Notes under the pieces: model-generated | Told to the model about the DNA's origin: nothing | The model's database searches: none | What the model saw: the letters and a program-made list of their open reading frames with translations, nothing else | Virus record (IMG/VR): IMGVR_UViG_3300009155_000048 | Span: 32,001-96,000 of that record | Length of the DNA stretch: 64,000 bases | Source: a virus | Direction: 5' to 3' (one strand) | Shown: positions 59,301 through 64,000 of the stretch, in pieces | How the letters are laid out: every line of letters begins with the position of its first letter | Position numbering within the stretch: position 1 is the stretch's first letter | Made by a program: the position numbers and the translations under genes

Positions 59301-60470
59301 ACACAATCCCCAACTGCTTTACTAACTTTAAACTCTCCAGGCACATATTCATTGAGATTGGTAGATGGTAATCAAGGATCAAATAAAGTATTAACATCTG
59401 ATTCATTCGGTAACGCAAGTTGGGCAACAGCTAGTGGAAATACATATTATGCAGGAAACGGATTAACACAAAGTGTTGGTAACACATTTTCTATACTACT
59501 ACAAACCGGATCAGGTCTTACAAGTAGTTCAAATGGGATATCATTAAATAGCCAAGTATCATCTAAGTCTGCTGATTTTATAGTTGATAATAATGAAAAT
59601 GGATACTTATATTATGTAACAACCGGAACATCACTAATTACTTGTACACCACCGAGTGTGAGCAATGGGTTTGAGTTCACCATCATGAAAGTTGATAATA
59701 CAAATGGTGTTATTCAAGTAACCGGTGTTTATGAGTATTCTGGATCTACCAATCTATCATATTTAACAAGACAGAATGAGACCATAACTTATAAATATAA
59801 TGGTTCTTCTTGGGTAGCTTATGTAGTTGATGATGGTGTTATACCACCATCAACCGTATTGGCTAATATGGGAGCCACATATGGACACGCCGAAGAGTTT
59901 CCGGTTTTAGATATAAATGATACTATACAAGGTGCGATTAATTACAATCAAGGTGGATGGAGTTATGATTGGTTGAGTGGTACTATTTTCTCAGCTTATT
60001 CTCCATTAACATTATCCAATGCAACAACAACATCTATGTTCAATACGGCTTCAAATAGTTTTATTGGACTAACATCAGCACCACTTACAATTAGTGCTTA
60101 TAGTTTAACATTAGGTAAGTCAATTAGAATTTTATTAACAGGTACCGCTTCTGGTAGTGGAGCATTATCTATTTACCCAAAAATAGGTTCACAAACATTC
60201 TCATCAACATCTATAACCACAGGAACTATATCAGATGCTCCGTGGAGAATAGAATATGAGTTTAAGGTACTTACTGTTGGATCATCTGGTAAATTACATG
60301 GTAGCGGATTTTGGATATCATCACAAGCGTCATCGCCATATCAGAATATAATGGGTACATCTAGTTACTACACAACAGTAGATACCACAATAGACAATAG
60401 AATAGACTTTTTACTAACATCATCTAGTTCTTATACAGTTATACATTCTACAATAGAAAGGTTAGCTTAA
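56352..60470 (+). CDS. Tail fibre/adhesin-like protein
   Basis: Two blocks of NxAxG..AL repeats; duplicated G[IV]GTQSP...RLVDG.QG..K.L.SD..GNASW module. Confidence 0.75.
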   Translation: MTKILNSLKVTGTGSSSQALGVTGGYVSINDKLRIGDWSTPTATVNINSKGTTSSTNAFKITTGFTTNNFYPSLNYSDDGVLTLVGAGLGYGATNSGRPIGSADLVIGNNYYGSIELAGYGIFGRDQGTSEGLSFYIRKVAGGAATYSRGFRFITATDRQFNLQPEADDTFSINYPTYNNGYIRLSSYNDSGKYFRISTDKFTSTQQSDRFGIQGFSDWASVFFRNISSLQIDNNAIVTRNIGTTSNSFPNTFIIGSSQSSINIGTTYGIPTSWNQGSIIIAPSNAINMTASHFPVSGLTHTNNSNIMMVAQVSVIPTGNYNVMIGGGSKITTGSQNVGIGNYLYTTNPALGELTTGSRNTAVGSQALGKLTTGSDNVGLGDRALRDSLVSSSNNVGVGVQAGQSVQSSNNIFIGTNAGRAYNGTGDSVLYLSTHDFTSAARVEAAAAHYSSTYATWSGTPPTWATLNPSYGNVVIFGNESSGSRESSTINSTGTFRSLFFGKGMWHLSTNLNTYVISTSMPTLMTWTASGSITQNNDAVGSSLELVAGVGRGGGTAGDLYFSTGQLTASGTSSLQDKVVRMTIKGGNGFIGVGTQSPSTLLHIYSTQSNAFRLVDGTQGAGKALISDANGNASWGTASGGSGVSGGSASYMALFTSDTSLTPSNIYQGASGSILIGYTSSSSTYTTDTNTLRVNGNVYFDNSTSTSKFFLNGTNLFDNVNRNIALGASALGINNGSVGTNNVAIGEQSLKSNTGDRNIALGYQALLNNSNGTDNISIGEQSLKSNTGAGGSYNVAIGTSALNKNTSGYRNFALGYYSLYSNLTGDNNISIGHNSMFFGMSQSNVAIGANSLYGLKYGSYNVSIGKSAAADLGGATSSLSTPNWQDNYNTFIGTFVAPGLVRGNYNTIISSKLGASDFIGFTQGNYNTYVGYGITGTFSSNQNNTVIGSRVTLVGGITNSIILADGSGNQRIFVNSLGYVGIGTQSPTALLTLNSPGTYSLRLVDGNQGSNKVLTSDSFGNASWATASGNTYYAGNGLTQSVGNTFSILLQTGSGLTSSSNGISLNSQVSSKSADFIVDNNENGYLYYVTTGTSLITCTPPSVSNGFEFTIMKVDNTNGVIQVTGVYEYSGSTNLSYLTRQNETITYKYNGSSWVAYVVDDGVIPPSTVLANMGATYGHAEEFPVLDINDTIQGAINYNQGGWSYDWLSGTIFSAYSPLTLSNATTTSMFNTASNSFIGLTSAPLTISAYSLTLGKSIRILLTGTASGSGALSIYPKIGSQTFSSTSITTGTISDAPWRIEYEFKVLTVGSSGKLHGSGFWISSQASSPYQNIMGTSSYYTTVDTTIDNRIDFLLTSSSSYTVIHSTIERLA

Positions 60471-60524
60471 AACATATCACATTTGATAATATATAACTAT
60501 AGATAAAAAAGAATTTATGATTTA

Positions 60525-62081
60525 ATGCCAATTTATACAGTATCCACGAATCCAAAAAATATACCAGGACTAAAATTCTGGTTAGATGCTGCTGACACAT
60601 CAACCCTATCTTTAACCAATACAACTAATGTTGGTACTTTTTCTGCTGTTTCTAACGGTGTAACTTATAGTGGTAACAACTCAGGACCAGGAGTAAATTG
60701 GAAAAATGGAACACCAATAGCCTCTGTTGGATACTTAACATATAGTGCAGTATTATCAACTACAACCATAGTATCAAGCATTAGAGATAAAGCAACTGGA
60801 GTAACACTATCTGCTGATATATCAGGAGTTATACCAACAACTGGGGTTGCTTATAGTGGAACACCAACGGTAAATGGACCAAGATATCTCTATAACAATA
60901 TAAATGATAAAAATACTATATTATTTAATTATGGAACAAATAGTGGTGGAGTATATGGACTAAAGGCGAGTACTATGTCCAACTTTATTAGTGCTACACA
61001 CTCATACTATGCGGTTTTTTCAAATGTATCCAGACAAACTAATCAATATGGACAGTATTTAATATCAATATTTAAACCATCTAGATTATTAACCAATGGT
61101 GGTTATCCAAATATCGCAACAGCTCTATATAGTACTAATACTCAATTGGTCGAGACTGCACAAACTACAACATCAGCACCATATTTATCTGTAGTTGCTC
61201 CTATAAATCCCACAACATCTTGGAAAAAAGTTAATATTATTTCAGCAAGATTTTTAGGAACATCATCAATGGGTAGATGGTCATTTAACAGTAAAGATAG
61301 AAACTATACAATCTATGGAAAGACAGCTTCTTCCAATCCAATACACATTGCTGGAGATAAACCACCAATTGGTGTAACAATATCAAATGCTAAAATGGTA
61401 TTAGGTGACTATTGGTTATCACCATATACCGTGGCTTCCACCACACCAATTCCACCAAATGTATATTTTTGTGAATTTTTATATTACGATAGACAATTAA
61501 CCGACCAGGAACATTATAAAGTTGTACAATACTTAGAAAATAAATGGATAAAGCCAGAAGAGGAAACAAAACCAATACAAGTATGTCAATTTTATAAAAA
61601 CTTCACATATGGAGCTGGTAGTTCACAGATACTAACTGGTACAACTTTAGGGATATCAAATACATATGAGGCAAATTTATACCACACAGCATCATATGAA
61701 GGTAGGTTCGCACTTGTTCAGATTGCTACAACTGGGGAAATACTTCCAACAGGAAGTAGTTTATATGGACAAAGATTATATTGTAGAGTAGATATACTAC
61801 CAACAACACAAAGTGATGGTACACCACCAAAGGGAACTCAGACGGGAATGGGATTTTGGCTTGGACAAGGAGGAGGATACTTTACACCAAATACAAGACC
61901 ACCTGATTTTTATATACCACCCGGGGCATCTGGATCATATGAAGGTGTGTGTACCTGGGGATCAACAGCAGTTAGTAATAGAATTTATATTCAAAATTCT
62001 AATGAATCAGTTGGTAAAACATGGAGCGGATGGGTTAAAATTAAAATAGGAACAGTGGGATGTGGATTAAATCCCTCTTGA
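60525..62081 (+). CDS. LamG/concanavalin-like virion protein
   Basis: GLKFWLDAAD...EFLYYDRQLT..E...V..YL..KW. Confidence 0.65.
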   Translation: MPIYTVSTNPKNIPGLKFWLDAADTSTLSLTNTTNVGTFSAVSNGVTYSGNNSGPGVNWKNGTPIASVGYLTYSAVLSTTTIVSSIRDKATGVTLSADISGVIPTTGVAYSGTPTVNGPRYLYNNINDKNTILFNYGTNSGGVYGLKASTMSNFISATHSYYAVFSNVSRQTNQYGQYLISIFKPSRLLTNGGYPNIATALYSTNTQLVETAQTTTSAPYLSVVAPINPTTSWKKVNIISARFLGTSSMGRWSFNSKDRNYTIYGKTASSNPIHIAGDKPPIGVTISNAKMVLGDYWLSPYTVASTTPIPPNVYFCEFLYYDRQLTDQEHYKVVQYLENKWIKPEEETKPIQVCQFYKNFTYGAGSSQILTGTTLGISNTYEANLYHTASYEGRFALVQIATTGEILPTGSSLYGQRLYCRVDILPTTQSDGTPPKGTQTGMGFWLGQGGGYFTPNTRPPDFYIPPGASGSYEGVCTWGSTAVSNRIYIQNSNESVGKTWSGWVKIKIGTVGCGLNPS

Positions 62082-62336
62082 TAAAATAATATCAAGATTC
62101 TTCTTGGTGAATCCATCCAATGGTCCACCACCATCTTTTAAATAACTTTGGTATAAATCTTGGTAATCATCATAAGTGTAAAACTCACCATCTTCACCCA
62201 TTAAAATTTGAGTATCGGATTGCGATAATGAAACAGGTAATTTTTGCTCAGGGTAATTTGGTCCCATAGTGTTTTGACCAATCAACTCCCAACCACTTAT
62301 AGATTCATTAAATTCATTAAAGTTTTTAATTCTCAT
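62067..62336 (-). CDS. Hypothetical protein with targeting-like N-terminus
   Basis: ATG 62336; MRIKNFNEFNES. Confidence 0.65.
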   Translation of the reverse strand: MRIKNFNEFNESISGWELIGQNTMGPNYPEQKLPVSLSQSDTQILMGEDGEFYTYDDYQDLYQSYLKDGGGPLDGFTKKNLDIILSRGI

Positions 62337-62790
62337 CCTCAACTGGAATTTTTTCAAAAAACTCATCTTGACTACTCAATGAGTATGTATCATGATTAAA
62401 ATCATACTTGATATTATATAGAAATCTATCGTGTAATTTTATTTCACCATGTTTTAGGAATAATAAACAGGTATCATCTTCAAAATCATTCTCAATAGAA
62501 ACTATTTCATCATTTATTTGACCATCTTTATCATAAAGATCACAGATAACTTTTCTACCATTATCCAATAATTCACTTACTTTATCAAAAGCTGTGTTCT
62601 TAGATAGATGAGACATATCGGTCAAATCTTTATCCATTATTTGATCATATTTACTCAAAAACTCTTCCTCTCTAGAGGTAAGTTTTTGATGAGATGATAT
62701 CTTATCAAGGATTCTATTCAACTCATCATCCTTTACTGATTCTCTCAATGTTAGGTATTTACTCCATTTTTCAAATTTCATGATTCTCAT
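62326..62790 (-). CDS. Hypothetical protein with DUF6576-like motif near N-terminus
   Basis: LNRILDKISSHQKLTSREEEFL. Confidence 0.65.
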   Translation of the reverse strand: MRIMKFEKWSKYLTLRESVKDDELNRILDKISSHQKLTSREEEFLSKYDQIMDKDLTDMSHLSKNTAFDKVSELLDNGRKVICDLYDKDGQINDEIVSIENDFEDDTCLLFLKHGEIKLHDRFLYNIKYDFNHDTYSLSSQDEFFEKIPVEDEN

Positions 62791-62857
62791 AAGTTATAAT
62801 GTATATATTAAAGACCTAAACTAATTTTATATATACTATAACAATTTATATTACTAA

Positions 62858-64000
62858 ATGGATAAGAAGTTATTAGACGCATTGAACAATTTATCTTACG
62901 CACTTGAAGAGATTGCCAACTCACTTAAAGACAATAAGGGTGGTAAGGAAAATAAGTCTGCAACAACTACTGCTTTACAAAGTGGAAAGTTGGATAAACA
63001 ATTACAATCCATCGATAAAGGTGTAAAACAATTACAATCCGATAATAAAAAGATCTTAAAGAATCAAGAAACAATAATTGCACTAAGTAAGAAAAAGCCA
63101 GCTGAAAAAGATCCACTTGATAAAGCAACCGACCCTAAGCAAAAAAATAAATTAAAAGATGGATTAGCATCTATTATGATGATTGCAGTTGGTGTATTGG
63201 CGATTGGGTTAGCATTCAAATTAATTGGGAAAGTTAACTTCTTATCCGTAATTGCCTTAGCAATTGCCTTACCATTAGTGGCAATGGCATTTGAGAAAAT
63301 CGCTAAGATGAAAGACTTAAAGTCTTCCGAAATTAAAAATATTGTTTTAGTTACAGTAGCAATGGCAGCCGCTATTGCTGCATCATCTTGGGTTTTACAA
63401 TTAGTTAAACCAGTTGGTATATTTAAGTTGTTTACTGCAATTATGATTGCGGCAGCTTTTGGCGCAATCTCTTATGGATTAGGAAATCTATTAACCGGAT
63501 TTAAGAAAGCTAACATCGATAAGAGTACAGCTCTAAAATTAAGTTGGCAATTACCATTGGTATTTATTGCACTAAGTGCCGCTATTGCCGCATCATCTTG
63601 GGTATTACAATTGGTTAAACCAGTTGGTATATTTAAGTTATTTACTGCAATTTTAATTGCGGCCGCCTTTGGTGCAATAGCTTATGGATTAGGTAACCTA
63701 TTAATCGGAGTTAAGAAAGCTAAGATTGATAAAAAAATGGCAATTGATTTAGCATGGCAACTACCATTAGTATTCATAGCATTAAGTGCCGCCATCGCCG
63801 TATCATCTTGGGTGTTACAATTAGTTAAACCAGTTGGTATATTTAAGTTGTTTACTGCAATCATGATTGCCGCCGCCTTTGCTGTAATTGCCTATGGATT
63901 GGGTAACTTATTAGTCGGATTCAAAAAGTCTAAGATTGATAAAAAAACAGCAACAGACTTAGCATGGCAATTACCATTAGTATTCATTGCGTTAAGTGCC
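62858..64000 (+). CDS. Tape-measure-like protein, 5' part (runs off window; absent from ORF track)
   Basis: MDKKLLDALNNL... open to window end; Ala-rich hydrophobic 70-aa repeats. Confidence 0.7.
   Translation, partial: MDKKLLDALNNLSYALEEIANSLKDNKGGKENKSATTTALQSGKLDKQLQSIDKGVKQLQSDNKKILKNQETIIALSKKKPAEKDPLDKATDPKQKNKLKDGLASIMMIAVGVLAIGLAFKLIGKVNFLSVIALAIALPLVAMAFEKIAKMKDLKSSEIKNIVLVTVAMAAAIAASSWVLQLVKPVGIFKLFTAIMIAAAFGAISYGLGNLLTGFKKANIDKSTALKLSWQLPLVFIALSAAIAASSWVLQLVKPVGIFKLFTAILIAAAFGAIAYGLGNLLIGVKKAKIDKKMAIDLAWQLPLVFIALSAAIAVSSWVLQLVKPVGIFKLFTAIMIAAAFAVIAYGLGNLLVGFKKSKIDKKTATDLAWQLPLVFIALSA
63368..64000 (+). repeat. At least three 210-bp in-frame tandem repeats
   Basis: ATCATCTTGGGT at 63382, 63592 and 63802; unit AAIAASSWVLQLVKPVGIFKLFTAI...WQLPLVFIALS. 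Confidence 0.9.

Noticed and set aside
56352-62081. Diversity-generating retroelement targeting the tail fibre
   Set aside because: No reverse transcriptase and no template/variable repeat pair with A-specific mismatches seen in this window
1-64000. Stop-codon reassignment as in some jumbo phages
   Set aside because: Core genes are full length in the standard code, and TAA, TAG and TGA all end genes
1-64000. Eukaryotic giant-virus origin suggested by NEIL1-like, GSII, RFC-like and GT7 genes
   Set aside because: T4-like capsid, portal, terminase, sheath, gp55-like sigma and tmRNA indicate a tailed bacteriophage

Overview
AT-rich 64 kb segment of a T4-like (myovirus-type) jumbo bacteriophage genome, standard genetic code, probably infecting a Bacteroidota host (TAnnTTTG promoters, Bacteroidota-type ClpS, DUF6576-like tails, tail-fibre repeats). 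It holds the virion core, scattered on both strands: major capsid protein, prohead protease fused to a scaffold-like repeat, portal, large terminase, gp2/gp4/gp15/gp25-like genes, a 1311-aa tail sheath, tail fibres and the start of a tape-measure-like gene. It also holds a gp55-like late sigma factor, clamp loader, ThyA, Dam, a NEIL1-like glycosylase, GSII, RpiB, two M28 peptidases, ClpS, an NFACT-R protein, a 2H phosphoesterase, homing endonucleases and a tmRNA. Main unexplained patterns: (1) seven small ORFs share an R-x-x-K-[IL]-x-x-[IL]-[LF] tag, and most look like degenerate fragments of the phage's own capsid protein, prohead protease or a DnaB-type helicase (candidate decoy or interference system); (2) about 14 unrelated proteins share an N-terminal capsid-targeting-like peptide; (3) three separable promoter classes; (4) the tmRNA has a probable 30-aa tag; (5) the late sigma gene appears to start at ATT. 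All family assignments are by eye from motifs; no searches were run.
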